Origin: Vicinamibacterales bacterium
GTDB lineage: Bacteria; Acidobacteriota; Vicinamibacteria; Vicinamibacterales; JAMQPK01
Direction of reading: 5' to 3'
NCBI GenBank assembly: GCA_963782595.1
Contig: CAWAKJ010000002.1
Coordinates: 1,385,564-1,449,563, forward strand
DNA: 64,000 nt
The notes below the pieces were generated by a model. It was not told the DNA's origin and did no database searches. It saw only the letters and a list, made by a program, of their open reading frames with translations. Shown here piece after piece: positions 17,533 through 27,777 of the stretch (its first letter is position 1; every line of letters begins with the position of its first letter). Made by a program: the position numbers and the translations under genes.

Positions 17533-18336
17533 TCACTGCCCGTCAGTCTTGACGATCGCACCGCGTAAGCCGGCCCTCTCAACCGCCACCCTCACCAGCC
17601 CGGCCGAGATGGCCGCCGTCACGAAACGGCGCGCGTAGGCGAGTCCGGCTTCGCGACCCTTCGGGATTCCGAGCGCGTGCTGTTCGACACCGTAGTGACC
17701 GTCAAGCACCCTGGAGCCGGGCAGCCGGTCGGCGATCTCGAACAGAATCGACTTGTTGGTGGCAAAGGCGTCCAGCGTGTGAAGCGAGAGCATCTGCGTC
17801 ACATTGTCGATGGTCGCCACTCGTACCACAGAGGCGCTCTTCAGCAGCGTGGGCAACGTCGTCGATGTCGTGCTGCCCTCCATCGCCCCGATACGAACAC
17901 CCGGATTATCCAAATCGGTCGGCATGACGATCGAGGAACCCTCCGGCACCAGGTATCCGGCCTCGACTTCCAGGTATGGCTGCGTGAAATCCATCTCCTT
18001 CGCGCGCGCGGGCGTCGCGTTCGTAAACACGACGTCCACGTTCCCCAATCTCATGCCTTCGAGCATCGCGCCGTTGTTGGGATACACCATCGGCTCGAAC
18101 GACACATCGAGCCATCGGGCGAGCTCACGGCCCAGCTCGAATCCGACGCCTGATGGCCGGCCCGGGACGGACAGCAGCAGAGAGGAAGGGTTTCCGACAT
18201 TAAGCCCGACACGCAGCCTGCCGGTCGGGGCGAGAACTTTCCTCACTTCTGGGGTCGTGTTGGTCTCCTGAGCCTCGCTGCGCGCGATGGGCAGCGCCAG
18301 CATCAGACCCGCCGTCAGCAAACAGAGGGCTCTCAT
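17533..18336 (-). CDS. Polar amino acid-type ABC transporter substrate-binding protein (SBP family 3)
   Basis: Signal peptide MRALCLLTAGLMLALPIARSEA; LAPTGRLRVG, RAKEMDFTQPY; ATG 18336 overlaps the upstream stop. Confidence 0.85.
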   Translation of the reverse strand: MRALCLLTAGLMLALPIARSEAQETNTTPEVRKVLAPTGRLRVGLNVGNPSSLLLSVPGRPSGVGFELGRELARWLDVSFEPMVYPNNGAMLEGMRLGNVDVVFTNATPARAKEMDFTQPYLEVEAGYLVPEGSSIVMPTDLDNPGVRIGAMEGSTTSTTLPTLLKSASVVRVATIDNVTQMLSLHTLDAFATNKSILFEIADRLPGSRVLDGHYGVEQHALGIPKGREAGLAYARRFVTAAISAGLVRVAVERAGLRGAIVKTDGQ

Positions 18337-19121
18337 GGCCGTTGGACCAGCTCGATCCTCGCGCCTTCGGGACCTTCGATGAACGCCAACCTCATGCTCG
18401 CGCCGCTCGGCAAGGTCAGCGGCCGCGGCTCGGTCGTGACCTTGACGTTTTTCGTCTTGAGAGCCGCGACGGCGGCGTCGACGTTCGTCGGGCGGAATCC
18501 CAGATGGTCGATCGCATGCCCCGCGCTCGGAGTCGTTTCGCCTTTCTGCACGAGGATCCATACGCCGCCGTAGTTGATCCCGTCAATTCGTTCCTTCATC
18601 TTCCCGACGGCGCCGCCGAACGTGGCCGCATACCACGCCAGCGCCGCGCCTGGATCGGGCGCGCGGAGATGAACATGATGCAGCCCCAGCTTTGCCGGGT
18701 CCTGAACGATTTCCAGGCGCACGCCCCACGGATCCTCAACGAATGCCAGCTTGAAGAGTCCGGCCACCTCGCGGGCCGGCGTCACCACCTTGGCGCCGTC
18801 CGCTTCGAGGCTTTTCATGGTGGCATCCAGATCGACGACTGAGAAGCCGACGTGGTCGATGGCGCTGCCCAGGCTGGGTTTCGCCGTCGCGTTTCGCTGA
18901 AAAATGATTCGCGTCTCGCCGAACGTCAACCGCTCGAGCCCCTCGGCGGTCGGCTGGCCGTCGAAGTGCTTTCGATACCATTCCACGGCGGTGGCCTGAT
19001 CGGGGACGGCCAGGTGGATGTGATCGACCATGTTCTTGAATTCGGTCTGCGCGAAGGCATCAGTTGCCGCCACCATCATCATCACCGCGCAGAACGTCAT
19101 CGCACGCTGTATGATTCGCAT
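18333..19121 (-). CDS. Secreted tandem VOC/glyoxalase family protein
   Basis: Two VOC repeats (DHIHL..., DHVGF, FVEDPWGVRLEIV; HHVHL..., DHLGF, FIEGPEGARIELV); GGAGG RBS. Confidence 0.85.
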   Translation of the reverse strand: MRIIQRAMTFCAVMMMVAATDAFAQTEFKNMVDHIHLAVPDQATAVEWYRKHFDGQPTAEGLERLTFGETRIIFQRNATAKPSLGSAIDHVGFSVVDLDATMKSLEADGAKVVTPAREVAGLFKLAFVEDPWGVRLEIVQDPAKLGLHHVHLRAPDPGAALAWYAATFGGAVGKMKERIDGINYGGVWILVQKGETTPSAGHAIDHLGFRPTNVDAAVAALKTKNVKVTTEPRPLTLPSGASMRLAFIEGPEGARIELVQRP

Positions 19122-19143
19122 GACACCTCCTGAGCGAAGCGAC

Positions 19144-20949
19144 GTGATATCCCGACTACGCTTCTTCGTCATTGCTGCCATCCTGACCCTTCTCATCTCG
19201 CCGGTCGCAGCCGATGAAGGCTGGGTCGTCGAACGCATGCGGGTCGACATCGCTGTCCAGCCAGACGGGTCCCTGCGGTTCGTCGAAGACATCGACGTCG
19301 ATTTCAGAGGTCTCGAGCGCCACGGCATCTTTCGCGACATTCGTTATCGGCTGGCTTACGACGCCTCCCGCATCCGGCAGTACGGCGTCGAGTTGGAACA
19401 CGTGACGAGCAACGGCGCAGCGGTGCCGGTCGAGACGACACGCGAAGGGACGCTGGTTCGCTTCAAGATCGGCGATCCCGACCGCACGACGAACGGCCGC
19501 ACATCCTACCAGATTCGCTACACGGTCGTGAATGCGCTCAATGGCTTTTCCGACCACGACGAGCTCTACTGGAATGTCACTGGCAGCTGGCCAGTGCCTA
19601 TTGAGTCGGCTTCGATCGTCGTTCGCCTCCCACAGGAGGGCGTGGAACGGGTGGCGTGTTATCAGGGTGCGGCCGGCTCCACAGACCCATGCAACGCGCG
19701 GTTGGGCAGAGGAGAGGCGGCCGAATATTCGACCGCCCGGCGGCTCGGCGAAGGGGAGCAGATGACAGTCGTCGCAGGCTTCCGGCGCGGGATAGTGCCC
19801 GAACCGCGCCCTGCGCTGCTGCCCGCTCCGCTTTTCGGCAGCGCGTTGTTCGATCGCACGCCAGGCCTCCTGGCGTCTTCTACGTTGCTGCTTGCGGGCG
19901 TCCTGGCCGGGCTGGGGAGGTTGTGGTGGCGGGAGGGCCGCGACCGCCGATATGTCACGCAGTCCTACCTGACGCAGTCAAAGGAGGAGGAGGTCCTTCC
20001 CCTGTTTGAGTCCGACAGCTCGGGCGTCGAATTCGAGCCGCCTCAAGCATTGCGCCCTGCTCAAATCGGCGTGCTGCTGGACGAGCGCGCGGATGTCCGC
20101 GATCTGACCGCGACCATCGTCGATTTGGCGGTGCGAGGCTATCTGCGAATCACAGAGGTTCCAAAGGTAGGCTGGTTCGGGGCCCGAGACTGGCGCCTCG
20201 ATCAGCTCAAAGGGGCGGACGACAGTTTGCTCGGGTACGAGAGGAAGGTGCTCGAGGGTCTGTTCGCCGGAGCAACGACGACAGACAGCGGCCCCGTCAT
20301 GGCCTCGCAGAAACTGTCGGCGCTCAAAAAGAAGTTCTACACACACCTCGCCGGCATCAAGACCGCACTTTACACCGACGCCGTCAGCCATCGCTGGTTC
20401 GTCCGCAATCCCGACAAGGTTCGGCAAGCGTATTTCATGGCCGGAGCCGTCACCGCTGCCTGCAGCGTATTTCTGACGACGGTTCTCGGACACAGGTGGG
20501 GCGCCGGACTCCTTGGACTGCCAATCGCCGTCGCAGGAGTTTTCATGATGGTGTTTTCTGGTGCCATGCCGCGGCGAACGGCATCGGGGCGCGAGATGAT
20601 GCGCCGAAGTCTGGGCTTCGCGAAGTACATAAAGACGGGCGAGACACGACAGCTGGAATTCGCAGAACGCGCCAACATCTTCGCCGCATATCTTCCCTTC
20701 GCTATCGTGTTCAAGTGCGTCGATCGCTGGGCGAACGCGTTCAAAGACATTGCGATTCAGCCATCGGCAGGTAGTTGGTACGTCGGGCAGAGTCAGTTCA
20801 ACGCATCTACGTTGTCTTCGGATCTCAGCTCGTTCTCATCGACGGTCTCGACTGCGCTGACCAGCACGCCCGGCGGCTCGGGCAAGAGTGGTTTCAGCGG
20901 CGGATCATCCGGTGGCGGCGGCGGAGGCGGGGGAGGTGGAAGCTGGTAA
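19144..20949 (+). CDS. DUF2207 domain membrane protein
   Basis: HGIFRDI, DELYWNVTG, ATIVDLAVRGYL, YLPFAI, C-terminal SGFSGGSSGGGGGGGGGGSW; start uncertain. Confidence 0.9.
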   Translation: MISRLRFFVIAAILTLLISPVAADEGWVVERMRVDIAVQPDGSLRFVEDIDVDFRGLERHGIFRDIRYRLAYDASRIRQYGVELEHVTSNGAAVPVETTREGTLVRFKIGDPDRTTNGRTSYQIRYTVVNALNGFSDHDELYWNVTGSWPVPIESASIVVRLPQEGVERVACYQGAAGSTDPCNARLGRGEAAEYSTARRLGEGEQMTVVAGFRRGIVPEPRPALLPAPLFGSALFDRTPGLLASSTLLLAGVLAGLGRLWWREGRDRRYVTQSYLTQSKEEEVLPLFESDSSGVEFEPPQALRPAQIGVLLDERADVRDLTATIVDLAVRGYLRITEVPKVGWFGARDWRLDQLKGADDSLLGYERKVLEGLFAGATTTDSGPVMASQKLSALKKKFYTHLAGIKTALYTDAVSHRWFVRNPDKVRQAYFMAGAVTAACSVFLTTVLGHRWGAGLLGLPIAVAGVFMMVFSGAMPRRTASGREMMRRSLGFAKYIKTGETRQLEFAERANIFAAYLPFAIVFKCVDRWANAFKDIAIQPSAGSWYVGQSQFNASTLSSDLSSFSSTVSTALTSTPGGSGKSGFSGGSSGGGGGGGGGGSW

Positions 20950-20975
20950 CTGTCTTCCTGATCGCGGCCGCGGGA

Positions 20976-21491
20976 ATGGTCCTTGTAACCGTCTTCATCT
21001 ACAACGGCCTCGTGAGAACGCGCCTGAGAGTACGGGAAGCGTGGAGTGCGGTCGACGTGCAGTTACAGCGGCGATCATCCCTGATTCCGAATCTGGTCGA
21101 GACCGTTAAGGGCTACGCTGCTTACGAGCGCGACACCCTCACACGAGTGGTCGAGTCGCGCGCGGCGCTGACGGCGGCGTCTGGCCCCCGGGCGGCGGCC
21201 GCGGCGAATGCCGCGCTCACCGGCGCGCTCGGCACGCTCTTCGCCTTGGCTGAAGCGTACCCCGATCTGAAGGCGAACCAAAGTTACCTGCAGCTCCAGC
21301 TTGATCTGAGCGACACTGAGAACAAGGTTGCCTTTGCCCGCAACTATTACAACGGTGCGGTCGAGGAGTACAACACAAGGGTTCAAAGTGTGCCTGGAGT
21401 GTTTGTTGCGGGGTTGTTCGGTTTCGGCGCCGCCGAGTTCTTCACGGCCGACGATCACGCAAGGGCTGTCGTGGAAGTCGATGTAGGCTAG
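20976..21491 (+). CDS. lemA: LemA family protein
   Basis: YNGLV, AWSAVDVQLQRR..LIPNLVETVKGYA, AEAYPDLKAN, ARNYYN; start uncertain (may be ~20943). Confidence 0.93.
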   Translation: MVLVTVFIYNGLVRTRLRVREAWSAVDVQLQRRSSLIPNLVETVKGYAAYERDTLTRVVESRAALTAASGPRAAAAANAALTGALGTLFALAEAYPDLKANQSYLQLQLDLSDTENKVAFARNYYNGAVEEYNTRVQSVPGVFVAGLFGFGAAEFFTADDHARAVVEVDVG

Positions 21492-21772
21492 CTCTCGACG
21501 GCAGGCTTCGGTGACAGGGGCAATGCACCGAGGTCGTTCGAGCGGGCGGCGGAGGGTGTGACGGGTTTCAGACTGTCCAATTGTTCCTGCAGGTGAGCAA
21601 TCCGGCGAGCGTGGGCTTCGAGCTCCGCGCGATGGCGTTGCGCCTGCAGTTCAACGGTACCAAGCCGCACGACCAGTTCCGCGTACTCGCGCCGCGAGAC
21701 GCCGGAACGGGGCGAGGGAGCATCCAGACGAGAACGTCGTCTGGGCTCTGGACGATTGAGTTTTCTGGCCAC
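21488..21772 (-). CDS. Small coiled-coil hypothetical protein
   Basis: Heptad-rich central region; GTG start. Confidence 0.45.
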   Translation of the reverse strand: MARKLNRPEPRRRSRLDAPSPRSGVSRREYAELVVRLGTVELQAQRHRAELEAHARRIAHLQEQLDSLKPVTPSAARSNDLGALPLSPKPAVES

Positions 21773-21874
21773 GGGCTAGCTCACATCGACCGGAGATGTC
21801 GTGCGCCAATACACGAACAGCGCGAATCAGGCGCACTCGCGAACAGCCAAGCAAGATCGATGCTGTAGCTCCTT

Positions 21875-21921
21875 GGTCCGGCTGAAGCCGGACACTACGT
21901 CTGGCTGAAGCCGGAACTACG
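21875..21921. repeat. REP-type palindromic repeats
   Basis: GGTCCGGCTGAAGCCGGACACTACG followed by the degenerate copy TCTGGCTGAAGCCGGAACTACG. Confidence 0.75.
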
Positions 21922-21929
21922 AACGTCCG

Positions 21930-23279
21930 CTAGCCACGGATGATCGACAGCACCTCATCGCGCTTGTGTTCCATTTGTTCCTCGGTCGTGCTTTCGAGGT
22001 TGAGCCTGAGCAACGGTTCGGTATTCGACGGCCGGACATTGAAATGCCAGTCGGGGTATTCGACGGAGATGCCGTCGAGCTTTGAGATCGTCGCGCCCTT
22101 GTATCGCGCTTCGATGGCGGCCATCGTCGCCGCCATCGCATCCATGGTCGCCATCCTCGTGTTGATCTCGCCGGAGATGAAGTACTTGGCGCGCAGCGGC
22201 GCGAGCAGCTCCTTGAGCGGCTGATTCTTCTTCGACATGAGCTCCAGCATCAGCAGCGCAGGAATGAAGCCGTTGTCGCAGTAGAAGTTGTCGCGGAAAT
22301 AATAGTGACCGGTCACCTCGCCTCCAAACACCGCGTGCAATTCGCGCATGCGGCCCTTGAAAAACGCGTGACCCACCCGGTTCATCACTGCCTTGCCGCC
22401 ATATTTTGCCGCGACGTCCTTGACGGCATAGCTCGCCCGAAGGTCGTAGACGATGGTCGCGCCGGGCTCCTTCAGCATGAACGCTTCCGCGAGCAGCGCC
22501 GTCACGAAATCGCCCGCAACGAACTCGCCGTCCTCGTCGATGAAGAAGCAGCGGTCGGCGTCGCCGTCCCACGCGATGCCGATTTCGGCGCGATTGGCCT
22601 TGACGCGGGCGACGATGTCGCGCCGGTTCTCCTCGATGAGCGGATTCGCTTCGTGAGTGGGGAAGGTGCCGTCCACGTCGAAGCAGAGCGCGTCAACGTG
22701 GCAGGGCAGCGCCTTGAAGAGCGGTGGCGCCACCACCCCGGCCATGCCGCACCCCGCGTCGAGCACGACCTTGTACGGCTTGACGATGGCCGGGTCGATG
22801 AAACCGAGCACGTGCTTCACGTACCCGTCGAGGACCGATCGCTGGTTGTACGCGCCGGGCGTGGCGGCAGGCGCCGGAATCCGGTTCGCCCCGAGCATGT
22901 CGCGAATGTCTGAAATACCGGCATCTCCACTGAGCGGGGTATTGCCGCGACCGACCATCTTGCAACCGTTGTATTGCTTCGGATTGTGCGAGGCAGTGAT
23001 CTGCGCGCCGCCGTCGAGGCCCTCGGTGCCGACGGCGTAGTAGATCATGTCGGTGGCGATCATGCCGTAGTCCACGACATCTGCACCCTGCTCGCGCGCG
23101 CCCGCAATGAATGCGGCGGCCAGGCTGGGCGACGACACCCGCATGTCTCGGCCCACGCCGATTCGCTTGGCCTTCAGGTAGGCGACAAACGCGCGACCGA
23201 TTTGATGAAATGTCGGCTCGTCGAGCTCGCTCGGGTAGTTCCCCCGGACGTCATACGCTTTGAAAATGGTGGGGTTCAT
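21930..23279 (-). CDS. Phosphomannomutase/phosphoglucomutase
   Basis: IFKAYDVRG, ITASHNP, WDGDADR, GGEVTGHYY, RPSNTEP. Confidence 0.95.
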   Translation of the reverse strand: MNPTIFKAYDVRGNYPSELDEPTFHQIGRAFVAYLKAKRIGVGRDMRVSSPSLAAAFIAGAREQGADVVDYGMIATDMIYYAVGTEGLDGGAQITASHNPKQYNGCKMVGRGNTPLSGDAGISDIRDMLGANRIPAPAATPGAYNQRSVLDGYVKHVLGFIDPAIVKPYKVVLDAGCGMAGVVAPPLFKALPCHVDALCFDVDGTFPTHEANPLIEENRRDIVARVKANRAEIGIAWDGDADRCFFIDEDGEFVAGDFVTALLAEAFMLKEPGATIVYDLRASYAVKDVAAKYGGKAVMNRVGHAFFKGRMRELHAVFGGEVTGHYYFRDNFYCDNGFIPALLMLELMSKKNQPLKELLAPLRAKYFISGEINTRMATMDAMAATMAAIEARYKGATISKLDGISVEYPDWHFNVRPSNTEPLLRLNLESTTEEQMEHKRDEVLSIIRG

Positions 23280-24328
23280 AGACGGCTGTATTCCGCGATG
23301 TGAGTGTTGTCTCCAAGCACGCCACCCATCAGGTAGGCGTTGCGACCGATCTCTCCAGAACGCCCGACGATGGCATCCACCAGGTGGGCCTCACGGCCTA
23401 TATGCGATTCGGGCCACACAATCGCGCCCGAGATGTGCGCGTCTTCCTCGACGTGGCAGTTTCTCCCGAGCACGGTGTACGGGCCGAGCCGGGCGCCGGC
23501 CTTGACGACGCATCCCTCGTCCACGAAAAGAGGACCTTCAAGACGTGCGCCGGTGTCGACGCGCGCGGCGGGCGAGACCCAGGCCAGTCCCTGCGCACTG
23601 TTGAACGGCGGCATCGAGTATCGCCCATCCATGATGTCGCGATGCACCTGCATGTATTTTTCCGGCGTGCCGATGTCGATCCAGTAATCGCGATAGATCG
23701 ACGCCAGAAATGTCTCGCCGCGTTCGATGAACGACGGAAAGAAACTGCGCTCGATCGACCATGCGACGTTTTCCGGAATTCGATCGAACGTGCCGGGCTC
23801 GAGCACGTAGATGCCCGCGTTGATCGTATTGCAGGTGATTTCTTCGAGCTTCGGCTTCTCGAGAAAGCGCAGGATGTTGTTGTCGGCGTCGGTCTCGACC
23901 AGCCCATAGGCGGTCGGGTTATCCACGGGCGTGAGCACAATCGTCGCGCGCGCGCGACGGCTGCGGTGGAACTCGATGAGGCCGTTCAGATCGACCTGTG
24001 TCAGCACGTCGCCGTTGAACACGACGATCGTATCGTCTACCCCTCGAGCCGCGTAGCGGACCGCGCCCGCCGTGCCGAGCGGCGTCGGTTCGACCACATA
24101 CCGGATTCTGATGCCCGCGTCCCGTCCGTCACCGAACACCTCTTCGATACGGCGTGGCTGATAGTTGAGACTGAGAATGACCTCGTCTATCTCCGGCACC
24201 TGGGTGATGAGATCGAGCTGATAGTGCAGAAACGGGCGGTTGAAGATCGGAACGATGGACTTGGGTGCGTGGATGGTGAGAGGACGGAGCCTGGTGCCCT
24301 GGCCTCCAACCAGGAGAAGCGCCTTCAT
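23276..24328 (-). CDS. NDP-sugar synthase (mannose-1-phosphate guanylyltransferase-like)
   Basis: GGQGTRLRPLT..PK, PLGTAGA, NGDVL, FLEKP, WIDIGTP, C-terminal LbH repeats. Confidence 0.9.
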   Translation of the reverse strand: MKALLLVGGQGTRLRPLTIHAPKSIVPIFNRPFLHYQLDLITQVPEIDEVILSLNYQPRRIEEVFGDGRDAGIRIRYVVEPTPLGTAGAVRYAARGVDDTIVVFNGDVLTQVDLNGLIEFHRSRRARATIVLTPVDNPTAYGLVETDADNNILRFLEKPKLEEITCNTINAGIYVLEPGTFDRIPENVAWSIERSFFPSFIERGETFLASIYRDYWIDIGTPEKYMQVHRDIMDGRYSMPPFNSAQGLAWVSPAARVDTGARLEGPLFVDEGCVVKAGARLGPYTVLGRNCHVEEDAHISGAIVWPESHIGREAHLVDAIVGRSGEIGRNAYLMGGVLGDNTHIAEYSRL

Positions 24329-24367
24329 ATCGAAGCGTGATGATACTGCATTACAATTAGTCGAGAC

Positions 24368-24982
24368 GTGCGCCACACCATCAACCTGCCGAATGCCCTG
24401 ACCGCGACGCGCATTTTTCTGGTGCCGCTGCTGGTGGTGGTCTTGCTGACCAATTTCGAGGGACGCCTCATCTTCGGCGTGCGCAAGGAGTTGATTGGCG
24501 CGGCCATTTTCGGTCTGGCGTCGATTACTGACTGGCTCGACGGATATCTGGCGAGGCGGCGCAAGCAGGTGACCGCTTTCGGCCAGATGATCGATCCGAT
24601 TGCCGACAAGCTGCTGACCTCGGCGGCATTCATTTCGCTCATTCAGATGGGGCTGGCGCCGGCCTGGATGGTGGCCGTCATCATCGGGCGCGAGCTCGCG
24701 GTCACCACGCTGCGCAGCATCGCGTACGCGCGGGGCGTGGTGATTCCGGCATCGCCGCTGGGAAAAGTGAAGATGATGGCCCAGGTGATCGCGATTCTGG
24801 CGCTGATTCTCGGAGAGGAAGAGCGCCTGCGGTCGCTCGGGACGATCGGCTATGCCGCGCTTTGGGTGGTGGTGGCGACGGCGTTGATTTCGGCGGTGGA
24901 TTACTATCGGCGCTTCAGCAGGATTCCATCCAAGGTCGAGTCGTTCCCGGCGGTGGAAGAGCGCCGATCGAGAGCATCGTAA
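24368..24982 (+). CDS. pgsA: CDP-diacylglycerol--glycerol-3-phosphate 3-phosphatidyltransferase
   Basis: NLPNALT..R, TDWLDGYLAR, GQMIDPIADK. Confidence 0.92.
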   Translation: MRHTINLPNALTATRIFLVPLLVVVLLTNFEGRLIFGVRKELIGAAIFGLASITDWLDGYLARRRKQVTAFGQMIDPIADKLLTSAAFISLIQMGLAPAWMVAVIIGRELAVTTLRSIAYARGVVIPASPLGKVKMMAQVIAILALILGEEERLRSLGTIGYAALWVVVATALISAVDYYRRFSRIPSKVESFPAVEERRSRAS

Positions 24983-25020
24983 AAACCGCTCCGGGAGCCT
25001 TTTTCAAAAGCAGAAACTGC

Positions 25021-25055
25021 GTAGGGCGGGTCTTGTAGTGCAAGACCCGCCCTAC
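25021..25055. repeat. GTAG-type perfect palindrome between convergent genes (REP or bidirectional terminator)
   Basis: GTAGGGCGGGTCTTG-TAGTG-CAAGACCCGCCCTAC, 15-bp perfect stem. Confidence 0.75.
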
Positions 25056-25062
25056 AGAAACT

Positions 25063-25896
25063 TCATCTCAGCGCGGCGATCAGATCGCCGGTCGTGATCG
25101 CGGTCTTGGCCACGGTCACCCGCACTGTCGCATCGTCCGGCCGCACCGCGACCACCATCACCTCACCGATTTCCACCAACGGCGATTGTTTGATCGCGGC
25201 CCCGAAGACGTCCGAGCGGCCGGTCGTCTCGACTCTCAGCTCGCGCTTATCCCTGAACACCAGAAACCTCTCGCCGACGACGACGCCTGCGCTCGTGCCG
25301 CGATCAATCGTCATGTAGTCGCCGGGGGCAGCGGTGTGGAGCCCTTCGATGCCGGTGACGATATGCCCCATGTTGTCGTACTGCGGCACGTTGCCTGCCA
25401 TGGGTTGAGCAGAGACCATCGGCTCGACGAAAGGCTCGAGGTAGTCATCCAAGAGGATGCCTTCGCACGAGTGCAGGATGGTGGCTGTGGAGACCATCGT
25501 ATCGACGCCCAGAATCTGCACCCATCCCGCCGTATGGATCGTTTTCGGCACGTCTCGGTCTGTTGCCGTACTGGTCACGCGCCTCACGAAATAGCGCTGG
25601 CCCGTCTGGATGCCGGCGTTGGACCCGCCGCTGATGACCAGAACGTCCGGCGCGGACAGCAACTGCCGATGCGTGAAGTCCTGCGATCCGACGACGCGGA
25701 GTGGCGCGGCATTCGGGGATGCCGTCTCGTTGGTCAGCAGGGCCGGCGCGCACGCCAGGTCGTTGAAAGCCCATGACGGCGCGGGTATGAGGCCAGGGGC
25801 CGCCACGGGTGTTTGAGCGGCCTGGGGTGTCTGGGCCGCCGCAGGGACGGCCAGGAGAAAGACGTACAGCACACACGTCGCGTTACGGTAACGCAT
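25063..25896 (-). CDS. Secreted hypothetical protein (FlgT C-terminal-like beta domains)
   Basis: Signal peptide; IDRGTSAGVVVGERFLVFR, EIGEVMVV, ITTGD motifs. Confidence 0.65.
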   Translation of the reverse strand: MRYRNATCVLYVFLLAVPAAAQTPQAAQTPVAAPGLIPAPSWAFNDLACAPALLTNETASPNAAPLRVVGSQDFTHRQLLSAPDVLVISGGSNAGIQTGQRYFVRRVTSTATDRDVPKTIHTAGWVQILGVDTMVSTATILHSCEGILLDDYLEPFVEPMVSAQPMAGNVPQYDNMGHIVTGIEGLHTAAPGDYMTIDRGTSAGVVVGERFLVFRDKRELRVETTGRSDVFGAAIKQSPLVEIGEVMVVAVRPDDATVRVTVAKTAITTGDLIAALR

Positions 25897-26008
25897 GTCG
25901 GAAATCCTCAGGGAACGTAGGTTATGGCCCTGCCGGCTCGGCGACCGTAATAGGGCAGAGCTTCTCGGCCTTCTTATCGGACTTTTCGAGGGTTTCCGCT
26001 AGCGTAGG

Positions 26009-26848
26009 TCATGGCCCTGCCGGTTCGGCGACCTTCGGTTCCTGCCCCGGTTCGGCGACCTTCATTTCCTGCTTCAGCCGCGTGATGCGCCGCCTGGCCT
26101 CTTCGAGGTGCTCGCTTTGCTCGTACTCGCTCACGAGGCGCTCGTAATAGGGCAGAGCTTCGGGCTTTCGATTGGACCTTTCAAGGGTTTCCGCCAAGTA
26201 GAAGTAGAGGCCGTCTTTCCTCGTGTATTCCGGGTCGTTCTTGAGGATCTCTTTGTATCGGCTTTCGGCACCCGCAAAGTTCCGAATGCTCAGATAGAAC
26301 TTCCCGACTTCAAAATCCCAATCCGACAGCCGATCCTTGCTTGCACGAAGATTCTTGCGCACCTCGTTGATGAGCTTGCTGTTCGGATACCGATCGACAA
26401 AGGTCTGGAACTCGCGAATCGCTTCCTTGGTCTCGGTCTGATCCCGCTGAGGATTGAGCATCTGGTTGAAGTGCACCATCCCCAACTGCATCTGTGCGTA
26501 GTCGGCGCGCGGGTTGGTCGGGTAGAACGCCAGGAATTCGCGATATTCGTTCTGCGCGTAGACGTAGGACCCCGCGTTGTTTTCGCCGAGATACGAATCG
26601 CCGACGCCCAACTTGGCCTCGGCGCGGAGCGGGCTTTGCGGATACGATTCGAGCAGTTCGGAAAAGTACTGGCGCGATCGTGTCCACTGTCGTTCCTTGA
26701 GGGCGGCGTTCCCGCGGTCGAGGAGAATCTGGTCCGCCTCTCCGGGAGCGGCGGTGACGGGTGGATTCGATCCACAGCCGCTCAGCGCCATAGCAAAAAG
26801 CAGGACCAGGCAATAGAGCGCAGAGAAGTTCGTGCTGGGAGTATTCAT
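26009..26848 (-). CDS. bamD: Outer membrane protein assembly factor BamD (lipoprotein, TPR)
   Basis: Lipobox LSGC; YPQSP, FLAFYPTNPRADYA, RDQTET, YPNS. Confidence 0.9.
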   Translation of the reverse strand: MNTPSTNFSALYCLVLLFAMALSGCGSNPPVTAAPGEADQILLDRGNAALKERQWTRSRQYFSELLESYPQSPLRAEAKLGVGDSYLGENNAGSYVYAQNEYREFLAFYPTNPRADYAQMQLGMVHFNQMLNPQRDQTETKEAIREFQTFVDRYPNSKLINEVRKNLRASKDRLSDWDFEVGKFYLSIRNFAGAESRYKEILKNDPEYTRKDGLYFYLAETLERSNRKPEALPYYERLVSEYEQSEHLEEARRRITRLKQEMKVAEPGQEPKVAEPAGP

Positions 26849-27777
26849 TTAGTGAGCCACCGATACTGCTGCTCCAGGCCGTTCTCGAGAGAAACCTTGG
26901 GGGTAAAGCCGAGGTCGCGGCGGGCCGCTGAAGTATCGGCGTAGGTGTGGCGCATATCGCCTTTCTGTTCCGGTTCGCGTTGAATGGCGACCTTTTTTCC
27001 AGTCACCGTTCCAATCAACTCGAGCACGTGGTTCAGCGTGACCCGGGAGCCACCACCAATATTGTACACGCTGCCTGGCCGGCCCCGGTCGGCTGCGGCC
27101 ATGTTTGCGTCGACGATATCGGCGACGAACGTAAAGTCACGTGTCTGTTCACCATCACCGTACACAGTAATGGGATTGCCATCCCTCACCGCCGTCAGAA
27201 AGCGGTGAAACCCCATGTCGGGCCGCTGACGCGGACCGTACACAGTGAAGTACCGCAATGCGACCGCCGGCACGCCGTAATTGGCCCAATACAGCTGGCC
27301 CAGGTGCTCTGCCGCGAGCTTCGACACTCCGTAGGGCGACAGGGGCTGCAGGTATGTATCCTCGCGCATCGGCAGCGGCACATCGTCGCCATAAACCGAA
27401 GAACTTGAAGCGTATACGTATCGTTGGATCGGCATGCCCACGAGCGCTTCAAGGAGGCGCTGAGTCGCCTCGATGTTGTTCCTTGTATAGACGTCGAAAT
27501 CGCGTCCCCAGCTTTTCCGCACCCCCGCCTGTGCAGCCAGATGGAAGACATGAGTCACGCCGGCGAGCTGCGGCTTGAGGTCGATGTCCTGCAGCGCGGC
27601 CTCGATAAACGAGAACTTGGGCCGATCGCGAACAGTGGCCAGGTTGGCCTCTTTCAGAGACCGGGCGTAATAATCGGTGAAACAGTCGATGCCGGTGACG
27701 CTGGCGCCCGCATCGAGGAGGGCTGCGGAAAGATGTGATCCGATGAATCCGGCGGCGCCGGTGACCAATGCCTTCAT
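26845..27777 (-). CDS. NAD-dependent epimerase/dehydratase (UDP-glucuronate 4-epimerase-like)
   Basis: TGAAGFIGS, HLAAQAGVR, SSSSVYG, YGVSK, FTVYGPRQRPDM. Confidence 0.92.
   Translation of the reverse strand: MKALVTGAAGFIGSHLSAALLDAGASVTGIDCFTDYYARSLKEANLATVRDRPKFSFIEAALQDIDLKPQLAGVTHVFHLAAQAGVRKSWGRDFDVYTRNNIEATQRLLEALVGMPIQRYVYASSSSVYGDDVPLPMREDTYLQPLSPYGVSKLAAEHLGQLYWANYGVPAVALRYFTVYGPRQRPDMGFHRFLTAVRDGNPITVYGDGEQTRDFTFVADIVDANMAAADRGRPGSVYNIGGGSRVTLNHVLELIGTVTGKKVAIQREPEQKGDMRHTYADTSAARRDLGFTPKVSLENGLEQQYRWLTK

Noticed and set aside
19144-21491. DUF2207-LemA pair as a novel system
   Set aside because: Common, already recognised gene pairing
25916-26200. Diversity-generating retroelement template/variable repeat pair
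   Set aside because: Mismatches are not adenine-specific, there is an indel, and no reverse transcriptase is in the window
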